NCBI GenBank assembly: GCA_964551475.1
Contig: CAZKCI010000064.1
Span: forward strand, 19,643 to 83,642
From: an uncultured bacterium
GTDB lineage: Bacteria; Auribacterota; Erginobacteria; Erginobacterales; CAZKCI01
Length of the DNA stretch: 64,000 nt
Direction of reading: 5' to 3'
Shown here: positions 10,408 through 20,600 of the stretch, in pieces
Position numbering within the stretch: the first letter of the stretch is position 1
Layout of the letters: each line of letters starts with the position of its first letter
Position numbers and translations under genes: made by a program
The notes under the pieces: model-generated
What the model was told of the DNA's origin: nothing
Seen by the model: only the letters and a program-made list of their open reading frames with translations
Databases searched by the model: none

Positions 10408-10776
10408 ATGGAACCAAGTAACAAAAAGATCCTGGTTATCGACGACGACGACAAGATCGGCGCTTTTCTCAAGCTCTATTTCAGCAAGAAGGGGTTCGCG
10501 GTGGGGGTCGTCCAGAAGGCTGAGGAAGCGGAGCGGGAGATCGAGAAGACAAGGCCCGATCTGATCTTCCTCGACTACCGGATGTCCCCGATCACCGGGA
10601 AGGACATCCTGGAGCGGATGAAGATCCGCGGCGACCGCACGCCGGTGGTGATGATGTCGGCGTACCGCCGCCGCGACGGGGACATGGAGATGGTCAGGCT
10701 GGGGGCGCTCGCCTATCTCCCCAAGCCTTTCGACTTCGCCGAGATCGACCGCATCCTCCGCCGGGTCTTCCCCTGA
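10408..10776 (+). CDS. Single-domain response regulator (CheY-like receiver)
   Basis: ILVIDDDD…; phospho-acceptor context DLIFLDYRM; conserved T/S (VVMMSAY) and K (YLPKPF) positions. No output domain. Confidence 0.85.
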   Translation: MEPSNKKILVIDDDDKIGAFLKLYFSKKGFAVGVVQKAEEAEREIEKTRPDLIFLDYRMSPITGKDILERMKIRGDRTPVVMMSAYRRRDGDMEMVRLGALAYLPKPFDFAEIDRILRRVFP

Positions 10777-10780
10777 AACG

Positions 10781-11020
10781 ATTGGTCAATGGGTTAGGGT
10801 TAGGAAGTGGGTCTGGTGGATGGGTTAGGGCAAGGTGTCGCCAAGCCAGGTTGCACCATTAACTTTACCCATATACCAGACCAATATCCTTACCCTTACC
10901 CATTAACCGATTGGGTGACGGGTTAGGGTTAGGTCAACGGTTTGGTCCTTGGGCTGGGGTTAGGTCGGTTGCACCATTGACCTTGCCCATTTACCGGACC
11001 AATAACCTTGCCCTGATCCA
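10781..11020 (+). repeat. Two tandem MITE-like elements between the receiver and histidine kinase genes
   Basis: Copy 1 ~10785-10908 (GGGTTAGGGTTAGGAAGTGGGTCTGGTGGATGGGTTAGGG…TACCAGACCAATATCCTTACCCTTACCC). The linker is gattgggtgac. Copy 2 ~10920-11020. Confidence 0.8.
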
Positions 11021-12979
11021 TTGCCCGTTGTTATGGATACCGACTCCACTCCAAACGCTCTGGCCGACGAGCTGCTCTCCCGTCTCCCCGACGGGGTGAT
11101 GTGGCTGGACGGCGAGGGGCGTTTCCGCCATCTCAACCCCGCCGCTCGGGCGCTGCTTCTCGCCCCTTCCCGGCGCTGGCTGGGAAGGTTCTTGACGGTG
11201 TATCTTGCCCCCGCGTCGGCGCCGGCGGTGGCGACCGCTCTCGGCGAGATGGCCGCCGCGGGCCGCGGCGAAGGCCGATGGGAGGTGGCCGCCGCCCGGC
11301 GTCCGGAGCGGAAGCTCGAGCTGGCTCTCTCCGCCGTTCGGGACAAGGGTACTCTCTCCGGGTTCTCCGGGACCCTCCGGGACGTCACCCGGGAGAGAGA
11401 GGAGACGGCCCGCCTGCGGGAGGTCTCCGCGGTTCTCCAGAGCCTCCAGGAGACGGTGATCATCACCGACCGCCGCCGCCGGATCATCTATGTCAATCCC
11501 GCCGCCGCCGGGATGCTGGGCTATGCCGCGGAAGAGATGCTGGGGCGCGCTGCCGCCTTTTACTTCGAGGGGATCCCGGGCAACCCTCCCCATCTGGCCG
11601 ATTTCATCTCCAGCCATGTCGGCGAGAGAGGATGGGAGGGAGATGTGTACAACCGCCGCAAGGATGGCCGGATCGTCCCGGTTCATTTATCCCTGACCAA
11701 GGTGGTGGCGGAGGGGGGGGAGACGGTGGGCTATGTCGGGGTCTCCCATGACATCAGCCGGATCAAGGAGCTGGAGGCCGAGCGCCGGCTGCGCATGGAG
11801 AGGGTGGAGGAGGAGGTGCGCAAACGGACCGAGGAGCTGCAGGGGATCAGCCGGGACATGGCCGGCCAGCGGAGCCAGCTCGACGCCATCCTCTCCAACA
11901 TTGCCGAGGGGGTGGTGGTGGAGAACGAGCGCTACGAAGTGGAGTTCATGAACCAGACGCTGATCCGGGGTTTCGGGAACCAGGTGGGGCGGAAATGCTT
12001 TGAGGCCTTCATCGGCCGAGCCACACCCTGCCCGGTCTGCGGGGTGAAAGCGGTGATCGGGGAAGGGAAGGACTACTTCCGCTATGAATCGGTGGACAAG
12101 CAGGGCCGCCGCTACGAGCTGGTCGCCTCGCCCCTGGTGAAGCCCGACGGCCGCCGCCTGGTCATCGAGATCATCCGGGACATCACCGAGCGCAAGAAGA
12201 CCGAGGAGCTGATCCGCCGCCAGAACCTCCAGCTGACCGAGGTCAACCAGGAGCTGAAGAAGCTGCTCCGGGTCAAAAGCGATTTTCTTTCCCTGATCTC
12301 TCACGAGCTCAAGTCTCCCCTGACCGTGATCCAGGGCTATCTCATCCTGCTCACGAAAAAGCAGATGGGGGCCTTGAACCCGGAGCAGGAGGAGGGGCTG
12401 TCCGTGGCCGCCCTGGAGGCCGACCACCTGAACTATCTGATCAACCAGATCCTCGACCTCTCCCAGCTCGACTCCGGAAAGCTGGAGCTCATACCGGAGA
12501 CGATCGACGTCGCGGAGCTGATCGGGCATTGCCTGGCCGCGCTCCGCCCCGCGGCGAAGAAGAATCGCGTCTCCTTCCGAACGCGCATCGGCCCCGCCGC
12601 CCGCCGGGCGCTGGCCGACGGGAACAAGATCAAGCAGGTTTTCCGGAACGTCCTGGAGAACGCCCTCAAGTTCAGCCCCCCCGGAGGGACCATCTCCATC
12701 CGGGGGGAGAGCAAGGAGGGGCGGGTCACCTATTCCGTCAGCGACCAGGGCATCGGCATCCCCGAGCACGAACTGGAAAAGGTCTTCGAGCGCTTCCACC
12801 AGGTGAAGAACCCCCTGACCATGAAATTCGGGGGCATGGGACTGGGCCTGGCCATCAGCAAGAACATCATGGAGCTCCACGGGGGAAGGATCTGGGCGGA
12901 GTCCTCTCCGGGGAAGGGGACCACGATATTTTTCAGCTTGCCCCGGGAAAAGGCGGGCGGGAAGGGGGAGGAACGATGA
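11021..12979 (+). CDS. PAS/PAC-domain sensor histidine kinase
   Basis: TTG start per the ORF track (an alternative ATG lies 12 bp downstream). PAS modules (…IITDRRRRIIYVNPAAAGMLGY…), a coiled-coil, and the HisKA H-box LISHELKSPLTVIQGY. HATPase_c N/G boxes are present (…NVLENALKFS…, GGMGLGLAISKNIMELHGGRIWAESSPGKGTTIFF). Confidence 0.85.
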   Translation: MPVVMDTDSTPNALADELLSRLPDGVMWLDGEGRFRHLNPAARALLLAPSRRWLGRFLTVYLAPASAPAVATALGEMAAAGRGEGRWEVAAARRPERKLELALSAVRDKGTLSGFSGTLRDVTREREETARLREVSAVLQSLQETVIITDRRRRIIYVNPAAAGMLGYAAEEMLGRAAAFYFEGIPGNPPHLADFISSHVGERGWEGDVYNRRKDGRIVPVHLSLTKVVAEGGETVGYVGVSHDISRIKELEAERRLRMERVEEEVRKRTEELQGISRDMAGQRSQLDAILSNIAEGVVVENERYEVEFMNQTLIRGFGNQVGRKCFEAFIGRATPCPVCGVKAVIGEGKDYFRYESVDKQGRRYELVASPLVKPDGRRLVIEIIRDITERKKTEELIRRQNLQLTEVNQELKKLLRVKSDFLSLISHELKSPLTVIQGYLILLTKKQMGALNPEQEEGLSVAALEADHLNYLINQILDLSQLDSGKLELIPETIDVAELIGHCLAALRPAAKKNRVSFRTRIGPAARRALADGNKIKQVFRNVLENALKFSPPGGTISIRGESKEGRVTYSVSDQGIGIPEHELEKVFERFHQVKNPLTMKFGGMGLGLAISKNIMELHGGRIWAESSPGKGTTIFFSLPREKAGGKGEER

Positions 12980-13803
12980 AAGCTTTCGCCTGGTTGTGCC
13001 CGCCGCGCCGGCTGATCCGTTGGCCCGGTTATTCCGCCCTGCTGGCGCTGGGCCTGGCCGGCTGCTCCTCTCTTCCCGAGGCCGAGCCGGCGATCGGATC
13101 CCGGGAAGAAGCGCGGGAGGCGATCGCCAGCGCCGACCCGGACCGCCGGGCGGACGGGGTGGAATATCTGGGCGACGCGGCGGACCCGGCGCTGATCCCG
13201 ACGATCTCGCCCCTGGTCCGGGATCCGGACAAGATGGTCCGTCTGAACGCCACTCTGGCCCTGCGCAACATCGCCGATCCCGCGGCCGCCGTGCCCCTGC
13301 GGGAAGCCCTCGTGGATGCCGACTCGGATGTCCGCTTCTCGGCCGCCAGCGCTCTATTCGAGATCGGGGACAGAACGGGCGAGGACGCCCTGATCGAGGG
13401 GCTCTCGAGCCCGCGACCCGACTTTCGTCTCCAGGCGCTGATGTTCCTGGGCAAGATGCGCTCGCGCAAGGCCGTCCCCGCTCTGGTCGGCCTGCTCAAG
13501 GACGAGGAGCCCCGGATCCGCTCCACCGCCGCCTACATCCTCGGCCTGCTTGAGGAGCCATCGGCCCGGGGCCCCCTGATCGCGGCCTTGAGCGATGAGT
13601 CCGTCTGGGTGCGCCGTGACGCCTGGGGGGCGCTTCAGGCCGTCTCCGGGGAGGCGCTGATTTTTCATCCCGACGCCGAACCGGCCGTCCGGGAGCAAGA
13701 GACGGCGGCCATCAGGGAATGGGCGGCCTCCCGGACGGCGGGGACGCCGGTGCTTCCGGCACCATCGCCGCTTTCCAGCCCCGGGGTGATAGGACAAGAT
13801 TAG
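12976..13803 (+). CDS. HEAT-repeat (PBS-lyase-like) lipoprotein
   Basis: ATG 12976 overlaps the kinase stop (ATGA). Lipoprotein signal …LLALGLAGCSS. Repeated …DPD/VR…A..AL… HEAT-like units (DKMVRLNATLALRNI, DSDVRFSAASALFEI, EPRIRSTAAYILGLL, SVWVRRDAWGAL). Confidence 0.7.
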   Translation: MKAFAWLCPPRRLIRWPGYSALLALGLAGCSSLPEAEPAIGSREEAREAIASADPDRRADGVEYLGDAADPALIPTISPLVRDPDKMVRLNATLALRNIADPAAAVPLREALVDADSDVRFSAASALFEIGDRTGEDALIEGLSSPRPDFRLQALMFLGKMRSRKAVPALVGLLKDEEPRIRSTAAYILGLLEEPSARGPLIAALSDESVWVRRDAWGALQAVSGEALIFHPDAEPAVREQETAAIREWAASRTAGTPVLPAPSPLSSPGVIGQD

Positions 13804-13805
13804 AA

Positions 13806-14040
13806 AGAAAATGGGTTAGGGTTAGGAAGTGGGTCTGGTAAATGGGTTAGGGTTAAGTGCGGCCTGACAAAACCGCCAGCCGGGCTACACCATTGACCGA
13901 TTGGTTAATGGGTTGTTGATGGGTTGGGGTTAGGAAGTGGGTCTGGTAAATGGGTTAGGGCAAGGTGTCGCCAAGCCAGGCTGCACCATTAACTTTACCC
14001 ATTTACCAGACCAATATCCTTACCCTTACCCATTGACTAG
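13806..14040 (+). repeat. MITE-like elements (one truncated copy plus one full copy) directly after the HEAT-lipoprotein stop
   Basis: aTGGGTTAGGGTTAGGAAGTGGGTCTGGTAAATGGGTTAGGGTTAAGTGCGGCC…; second copy …GGGTTGGGGTTAGGAAGTGGGTCTGGTAAATGGGTTAGGGCAAGG…TTTACCCATTTACCAGACCAATATCCTTACCCTTACCC. Confidence 0.8.
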
Positions 14041-14055
14041 TTATTGAGAGTGATC

Positions 14056-16170
14056 ATGCGACCTATCGGCCGAACATTGCTGTATATCGTGTTTCCCTTG
14101 TGTCTCTTCTCCCTCTCCTGCCAGGACCGGGCGGGGCGGGCCTTCAGCCGGGCCCTGACGCTGGCCCGGCAGAAGCGGTACGAGCAGGCGGTGGGGGAGA
14201 TGCGGCGTCTCCTCCAGATCGCCCCCCGATCCTCGCGCGCCCACAACGCCCTGGGGCAGATCTACCGGGTCCAGAACCTCTACTCGCAGGCGATCGAGGA
14301 GCTGGAGAAGGCGATCGAAATCAGCCAGACCGATCCCATCCCCGCCTACAACCTGGCCGTCATCTACCAGGAGATGGAGGATTATCCCAAGGCCGATTCG
14401 TTTTTCCGGGAAGCCCTGCGCCGGGATTCCCGCTTCACCCCCGCCCTCTATCGCCAGGGGACGCTCTCTCTCGCCCGGGGGGACCTCGATCAGGCGAAGA
14501 AGCAGCTGATCGATTTCGTGGAACTGGAGCCGGGAAACGCCTTCGGCCACAACAATCTGGGCTGTCTCCTCTGGCGGCAGGGCGAAGCCGTCTCCGCCCG
14601 CGAATCGTTCCGGCGGGCGGTCGAGCTGGAGCCCGCCCTGGCCTCGGCCTGGTTCAACCTCGGTTTCGCCGCTCTCGATGCTTCCGATGGGAAGGAGGAG
14701 GGGAGCGCGGCACTGGAGAGATACCTCAAGCTTCGCCCGTTCGCCCTCGATCAGGATGCGGTGAGAAAATCGATCGAAAAGCCGTCCGCTCCGACCCCCG
14801 CGACGCCCTCCGCGGAGGCGGCGCTGGCCGCCGCCGTCCGCTGCGAGGCCGCCGGAGAGACCGCGAACGCGCGGGCGAAATACGGCGAGGCGATCGCTCT
14901 CGCTCCCGGATCGGGCGAGGCCCACTATCGGCTCGCCCGTCTCTATGACCGCGCCCTGGGCGAGAAAATGAAGGCGATCGAAGGGTATGAAAGGGCGCTG
15001 GATCTCTCTCCACGTTCCGCCTGGGCGGACGCGGCGATCGCGCGCCTCCAGTCTCTGCGCGGCGATATGGAGAAGCAGCTCCTGGCGAAAAAAGATCTCC
15101 CCCGCCCGCCGTCCGCGAGCCCCACTCCCTATTCCGCCCCCGCTCCCTCCGCTCCCGCGGGCCGAGCGGAGGATCTTTACCGGGCGGGATTGAAAGAGGA
15201 AGAGGCCCGGCGGACGGAACAGGCGGAGGCTTGCTACCGCCAAGCGCTGGCGGTCTCTCCCGATCACGCGCTCACCCTCTTCCATCTCGGCCGCCTGGCG
15301 GCAGCCTCCGGCCGCTATGAGGAGGCGCTCGATCTTCTGCGGAAGGCCCAAGCGATCGATGCCTCCCTCCCCGCCCGGGAGGAGCTCGGCTCGGTCTGCC
15401 TCAAGCTCGGAACCGCCGCCCTCTCCGACAAGGAATTCGACCGGGCCGTCGACTGGTATCGCCAGGCCGGGACCTACGGCAAGGTCCATGAAGCCCGGCA
15501 GGGACAGGGGACGGCCTTCCAGGCCGCCTACCGCGCCGAATTCGACCGGGGGAACTATTCCGCCGCCGCCGGTCATCTCCGCTCCGCCGTGGAGATCCGC
15601 CCGGACACGGCTTCGGACTGCCTGGCCCTGGGCGATCTCTACGCCCAGAAGCTCCGGCGGCCCGATGAGGCCCGACGCTATTATCAGAAGTATCTGGCCC
15701 TGATGCCTCGGGGGCCGGACGCCGACCGGGTGAGAGGATACGTCTCTCCCTCCGCCGCCCCGCCGCCGGCCGCCCGTCCTCCCGCCGCCCGTCCGGCCTC
15801 GTCCCCGCGCGCGCCTAAGCCGACGCAGGATCATTTCTCGCTGGGCGCCCGCTATCAGCAGCAGGGGAAAACAGCGGAGGCGGAGGAGGAGTATCTGATC
15901 GCGCTCCGGGAGAAGCCGTCCCTGTACCAGGCGCACTACAACCTGGGCGTGCTCTACAGCCAGACGGGCCGCGCGACCGACGCTCTCAACGCCTACAAGA
16001 GGGCGGCCCAGATCAATCCCAACTTCGCGCCGTCCCAGCTCGCCATCTTCAAGATGTACTACTTCCGTTTCGGGATGAAGAACCTGGCCCGTCCCTACGC
16101 CCAGAAATACATCCAGCTGGAGCCGAACTCCTCGGCGGCGCGGGAGCTGGAAGGATGGCTGAACAAGTGA
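14056..16170 (+). CDS. TPR-repeat protein (probable lipoprotein, ~704 aa)
   Basis: ATG 14056 (the track ORF starts at TTG 14044). N-terminal hydrophobic segment ending …LFSLSCQ. Many 34-aa TPR units (…AHNALGQIYRVQNLYSQAIEELEKAIE…), with Pro/Ala-rich linkers. Confidence 0.75.
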   Translation: MRPIGRTLLYIVFPLCLFSLSCQDRAGRAFSRALTLARQKRYEQAVGEMRRLLQIAPRSSRAHNALGQIYRVQNLYSQAIEELEKAIEISQTDPIPAYNLAVIYQEMEDYPKADSFFREALRRDSRFTPALYRQGTLSLARGDLDQAKKQLIDFVELEPGNAFGHNNLGCLLWRQGEAVSARESFRRAVELEPALASAWFNLGFAALDASDGKEEGSAALERYLKLRPFALDQDAVRKSIEKPSAPTPATPSAEAALAAAVRCEAAGETANARAKYGEAIALAPGSGEAHYRLARLYDRALGEKMKAIEGYERALDLSPRSAWADAAIARLQSLRGDMEKQLLAKKDLPRPPSASPTPYSAPAPSAPAGRAEDLYRAGLKEEEARRTEQAEACYRQALAVSPDHALTLFHLGRLAAASGRYEEALDLLRKAQAIDASLPAREELGSVCLKLGTAALSDKEFDRAVDWYRQAGTYGKVHEARQGQGTAFQAAYRAEFDRGNYSAAAGHLRSAVEIRPDTASDCLALGDLYAQKLRRPDEARRYYQKYLALMPRGPDADRVRGYVSPSAAPPPAARPPAARPASSPRAPKPTQDHFSLGARYQQQGKTAEAEEEYLIALREKPSLYQAHYNLGVLYSQTGRATDALNAYKRAAQINPNFAPSQLAIFKMYYFRFGMKNLARPYAQKYIQLEPNSSAARELEGWLNK

Positions 16171-16223
16171 CGCTTGACCGTTCCCGCCGGAGCGCGATCA
16201 GGGCCGGGAGAGGGGCGATCCGG

Positions 16224-16895
16224 ATGGCGTTAGCCTCTCTGCTGCTCTCTCTCCTTTGCTGCGGCTGCGGCCCGGGCGAGGAGGCGCCGGCGGCAGGGGA
16301 GACACCCTCCTATCACATCGGGATGGGCAAGGCCCTCTATCAGCGCGGTGACTATACCGGGGCGGTCCGGATGTATGAAAAGGCGATCGGAATGGACCGG
16401 GAATGCGCCGAGGCCTATCTTCAGATCGGGACCATCTACGACAACATCCTGAAAGACAAACCCCAGGCGCTTTTTTGCTATGGGAAGTTTCTCTCCCTGG
16501 AGCCCGATTCGCCGATGGCGGAGATGGTCAAGGAATGGAGCGAAGAAATAGAGAAGAACCTGCCGCCGTCCCGGCGCGAGACGCTGCGGAAACCATCCCC
16601 CGCGCCGCCCCTTCCGAGCATCCCTCCGGCCCCGCGGAAGGAGAAACGGGAGCCGTCTCCCACCCCGGCTCCCGCCCTCGCGCGTCCGGCCTCTTCGCCG
16701 CCCGCCCGCTCCGCCGTCCCTTCCCGCTACACGGTCAAGGCCGGGGATACGCTGGCCCGGATCGCGGCCGCCCATTACGGGGACCGGAACGACTGGAAGA
16801 CGATTTTCGAGGCGAACCGCGGCGTGCTGGAGAAGCCCGACGGGATCCGGCCAGGTATGACGCTGGTGATACCGGTTTCTCCGGGACGACGGTGA
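16224..16895 (+). CDS. TPR + C-terminal LysM domain lipoprotein
   Basis: ATG 16224 (MALASLLLSLLCCGCG lipobox). An in-frame upstream ATG at 16155 would overlap the previous gene. TPR units are present (ALYQRGDYTGAVRMYEKAI…). The LysM motif is YTVKAGDTLARIAAAHYGDRNDWKTIFEANRGVL…. Confidence 0.7.
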   Translation: MALASLLLSLLCCGCGPGEEAPAAGETPSYHIGMGKALYQRGDYTGAVRMYEKAIGMDRECAEAYLQIGTIYDNILKDKPQALFCYGKFLSLEPDSPMAEMVKEWSEEIEKNLPPSRRETLRKPSPAPPLPSIPPAPRKEKREPSPTPAPALARPASSPPARSAVPSRYTVKAGDTLARIAAAHYGDRNDWKTIFEANRGVLEKPDGIRPGMTLVIPVSPGRR

Positions 16896-16905
16896 TTGCC
16901 GAGGG

Positions 16906-17030
16906 CATGGACGAGATGGACGGAAGAATGGACGAGATAGACAAAAAACCGGATTAAGACTGTTTCTCCTCCCGTCCCCTGATCCCTACCCTCTATCCTC
17001 TACCATCTACCATCTACCCCCTACCCCCTA
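16906..17030. repeat. Tandem 9-mers (ATGGACGAG)x3 followed by 7-mers (CTACCMT)x~6
   Basis: …catggacgagatggacggaagaatggacgagata… and …ccctaccctctatcctctaccatctaccatctaccccctaccccctaa… read directly. Confidence 0.8.
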
Positions 17031-17042
17031 AGGCGGCCCCCG

Positions 17043-17522
17043 TTGAACGTCTCCCAGGCCATCCGCGCGCGGCGCAGCATCCGGCGCTTCCTTCCCCGCC
17101 CCCTTCCCGCCGGGACGCTCGCGGAGCTGATCGCCGGCGCCCGGCTCGGCCCCTCGGCCGCCGATCTTCGTCCGCTCCGTTTTCTCCCGGCGGAGGATCC
17201 GGCTCTCCGGAGGAAGATCTTTCCCGCCCTCCGCTGGGCGGCGGGCGGGCGTCCTCCGGCCGGCCGCCGCCCCGCCGCCTACGTCGTAGTCCTGGTCGAC
17301 TCGACCGTTCGCGAGACGGGCTGGCAGTGGGAGGCGGGAGCGGCGGTCCAGTCGATCCTCCTCGCCGCCCGGGAGAAGGGGATCGGGTCCTGCTGGATAC
17401 TTTCGGTCGATCGCCGGCGCCTGGCGGAGGCCCTCGGGATCGGCGCGCGCTATCTCATCGACTCGGTGGTGGCACTGGGCTATCCGGCGGAAGAGGCGAA
17501 AAAAAAGGAAAGGTCCCGATAA
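17043..17522 (+). CDS. Nitroreductase-family protein
   Basis: TTG start per track. N-terminal …AIRARRSIRRF… FMN-binding motif and …GIGSCWI… typical of the NADH/flavin nitroreductase fold. Confidence 0.7.
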   Translation: MNVSQAIRARRSIRRFLPRPLPAGTLAELIAGARLGPSAADLRPLRFLPAEDPALRRKIFPALRWAAGGRPPAGRRPAAYVVVLVDSTVRETGWQWEAGAAVQSILLAAREKGIGSCWILSVDRRRLAEALGIGARYLIDSVVALGYPAEEAKKKERSR

Positions 17523-17565
17523 TCACACTCCGTTGATCATCGGGATCTCCGCTTCGCTCCGACAG

Positions 17566-17692
17566 GAAAGAAAGGCTGAGGGCTGAAGGAAAAGCGGCGC
17601 GCATCTTGTGTCCGGCCTCTCTTATCGTGTATTGTATGGCCGGCAAGCCGGGCTGCGTTTGTCCAGGCTTTGTCCATATCGTCCATATCGAC
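17566..17692. repeat. Short tandem repeats in the secA upstream region: GCTGAGG/GCTGAAGG and (GTCCATATC)x2-GACCATGTC
   Basis: …aaaggctgagggctgaaggaaaag… and …tttgtccatatcgtccatatcgaccatgtcaa… These are the same CTGAAGG and CGTCCAT repeat families seen elsewhere in the window. Confidence 0.7.
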
Positions 17693-17693
17693 C

Positions 17694-20600
17694 ATGTCAA
17701 TACTGACCAAAATTTTTGGCACCAAGTTCGACCGCGACCGCAAGAAACTCCAGCCCCTGGTCGACGAGATCAACCGCCGGGAGGCGGAGTACCGCAACCT
17801 CTCCGAAGAGGCCTTCCGGTCCCTCTCCGCCGGCTTCCGGGAACGGCTCGCCCGGAAGATCGCCGAGCCGACCGCCGCCCTCGCCTCCGTCCGCTCCCGC
17901 CTGGCCTCGGAGCTTACGACCGGCGAGGAGGATGAGCTCAAGGCCGAGGAGAAGGACCTGATCAAGACCATCCGGGCGGCGGAGAAAGCGGAGCTGGAGG
18001 TCCTCCTCCCCGATGCCTTCGCCGCGGTGAAGAACGCCTGCCGGAGGCTCCTCAAGCAGACCTGGGATGTCTGCGGCCAGTCCCTGACCTGGGAGATGGT
18101 CCCCTTCGACGTCCAGATCATCGGGGGGATCGCCCTCCACCAGGGGCGGATCGCCGAGATGGCCACCGGCGAAGGCAAGACGCTGGTCGCCACCTTCCCC
18201 CTCTACCTGAACGCGCTCGCCGGCCACGGCGTCCACCTGGTCACCGTGAACGACTACCTGGCCCGGCGCGACCGGGAGTGGATGGGGCGGATCTTTGAAA
18301 GCCTGGGACTCAGCGTGGGCTGCATCCAGGTGGGGATGGAGCCCGCCGAGCGGTGCGCCGCCTACGCCTGCGACATCACCTACGGGACGAACAACGAGTT
18401 CGGTTTCGACTACCTCCGCGACAACATGGCGGTCCGCCCCGAAGACCAGGTGCAGCGGATCTACCTTCACCACAAGGCGGACACCGACGAGATCAAGCGC
18501 GGCCACTACTACGCGATCATCGACGAGGCGGATTCGATCCTGATCGACGAGGCGCGGACCCCGCTGATCATCTCCGGACCGGTGGCCCGGGACGAGTCCA
18601 CCCATCTCGTCTACAAGCGGGTGATGCCGCTGATGAAGGACCTCTCCCGGCGGCAGGCGCTCCTCTGCGCGCGGCTTTTGGCGGAGGGGAAGGCGGCCTG
18701 GGAGAAGGACGACGAGGAGACGGCCGCCCGCCGCTTCTACCAGGTGAAGAAAGGCCAGCCCAAGAACAAGCAGCTGATGAGCCTGATCGAGGACCCCGCC
18801 GCCCGGAGGCTGATCGAGCGGGCCGAGGTCGAGCTCGACGCCGTCTCTTCCCAGGCCCCCCGGGCCGAGGAGGGGCGGGCGATGCGCGAGGAGCTCTTCT
18901 ACACGCTCAACGAGCGCGCCCACGAGATCAACATCACCGACAAGGGCCATCTCGCCCTCTCTCCCCAGAACCCCGACGAGTACGTGGTCGAGAGCCAGCA
19001 GCAGGACTGGCTGAGCGAGCATCAGAAGGTGGAGTCCGACCCCTTGCTGAGCCGGGAGGAGAAGGTCCTCCGCCACAACGAGATCGTCCGGGAGGAGCAG
19101 GCCTTCAACCAGAAGATCGACAAGATCCACGCCGCCTTCACCTCCCTGCGCGCGCTCGACCTCTTCGAGAAGGACGTCGAGTACGTGATCCAGGACAACA
19201 AGGTGGTGATCGTGGACGAGTTCACCGGCCGCTTGATGCCCGGCCGCCGCTACAGCGACGGGCTCCACCAGGCCCTGGAGGCGAAGGAGGGGGTCTGGAT
19301 CGAGCATGAGACGCAGACGCTGGCCACGGTCACCATCCAGAACTACTTCCGGATGTACGAGAAGCTCGCCGGGATGACCGGGACGGCCGAGACCGAGGCG
19401 GTGGAGTTCGACAAGATCTACCACCTCGACGTGATGGTCATCCCCACCAACGAGCCGGTCCGGCGGACGAACTACCACGACCGGATCTACAAGACCAAGA
19501 ACGAGAAGTACCAGGCGGTGATCGCCGAGATCGCCGCCGGCTTCGAGAAGCAGCGGCCGGTGCTGGTGGGGACGGTCTCGGTCGACACCTCCGAGGTCCT
19601 GAGCCGCATGCTGAAGCGGCGCAAGATCCCCCACCAGGTCCTGAACGCCCGCTACCATCAGCAGGAGGCGGAGATCGTGACCCGGGCCGGCCAGGCCGGC
19701 GCGGTCACCATCGCCACCAACATGGCCGGGCGGGGGACCGACATCAAGCTCGGGGCGGGCGTGGTCCGCGCGGAGTGCCTGGAGACGCGGGGGCGGAACC
19801 GCCGCGCCGCCGGGGAGGCCTTCGCGGGCGAGCCCTGGTGCTGCGTCACCTGCCGCGTCTACGACAAATGCCGCCGGGGGTCGAAGGCGCTCTGCGGGAA
19901 GCCGGCCCAGATGTTCGCCTGCCGAAGCGAGGTCCCCTGCGGACTGCACATCGTCGGGACCGAACGGCACGAGGCGCGGCGGATCGACCGCCAGCTCCGC
20001 GGCCGCTGCGCCCGCCAGGGGGACCCCGGCGCCTCGCGCTTCTACCTCTCGCTCGAGGACGACCTGATGCGCCTTTTCGGCTCCGACCGGATCGCCGGGA
20101 TCATGGGGAAGATGGGGATCGAGGAGGGGGAGGAGATGACCCATCCGCTCCTCACCCGGGCGATCGAGACCGCCCAGAAACGGGTGGAGGGGCACAACTT
20201 CTCCATCCGCGAGCACATCCTCAAATACGACGACGTGATGAACAAGCAGCGGGAGGAGATCTACGCCTTCCGCACCAGCATCATCGACAGCCTGAACCCG
20301 CGCCGGGGGATCCTGGGGGTCATCGAGGAGGCGGTCCGGGAAAAGGTGGAGGAGTTCTGCCCGGAGAAGACGCCTCCGGAGGAGTGGAAGTGGTCGCGCC
20401 TCTCCCTCTGGCTCCAGTCGACCTTTCTCATCTCGCTCCCCGAGAAGTCCCCCCCGGAAGGGATCGCCGCCGCGGGGCTCACCGAGAAGATCATGGGACA
20501 GGTCTCCCGCTTCTACGAGCTCAAGGAGGTCTACGAGGGGAAGGAGAACATGCGGCGGCTCGAGAAGCTGGTGGTCTTGTCCGTGATCGACCGCCTCTGG

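Noticed and set aside
12529-13803. Long form of the HEAT-lipoprotein ORF (424 aa) and the long form 46705..48129 (474 aa)
   Set aside because: Upstream extensions overlap the preceding genes in another frame and encode low-complexity sequence. The true starts are at the ATGA overlaps (12976 and 47143), giving proper signal peptide and DHH N-termini.
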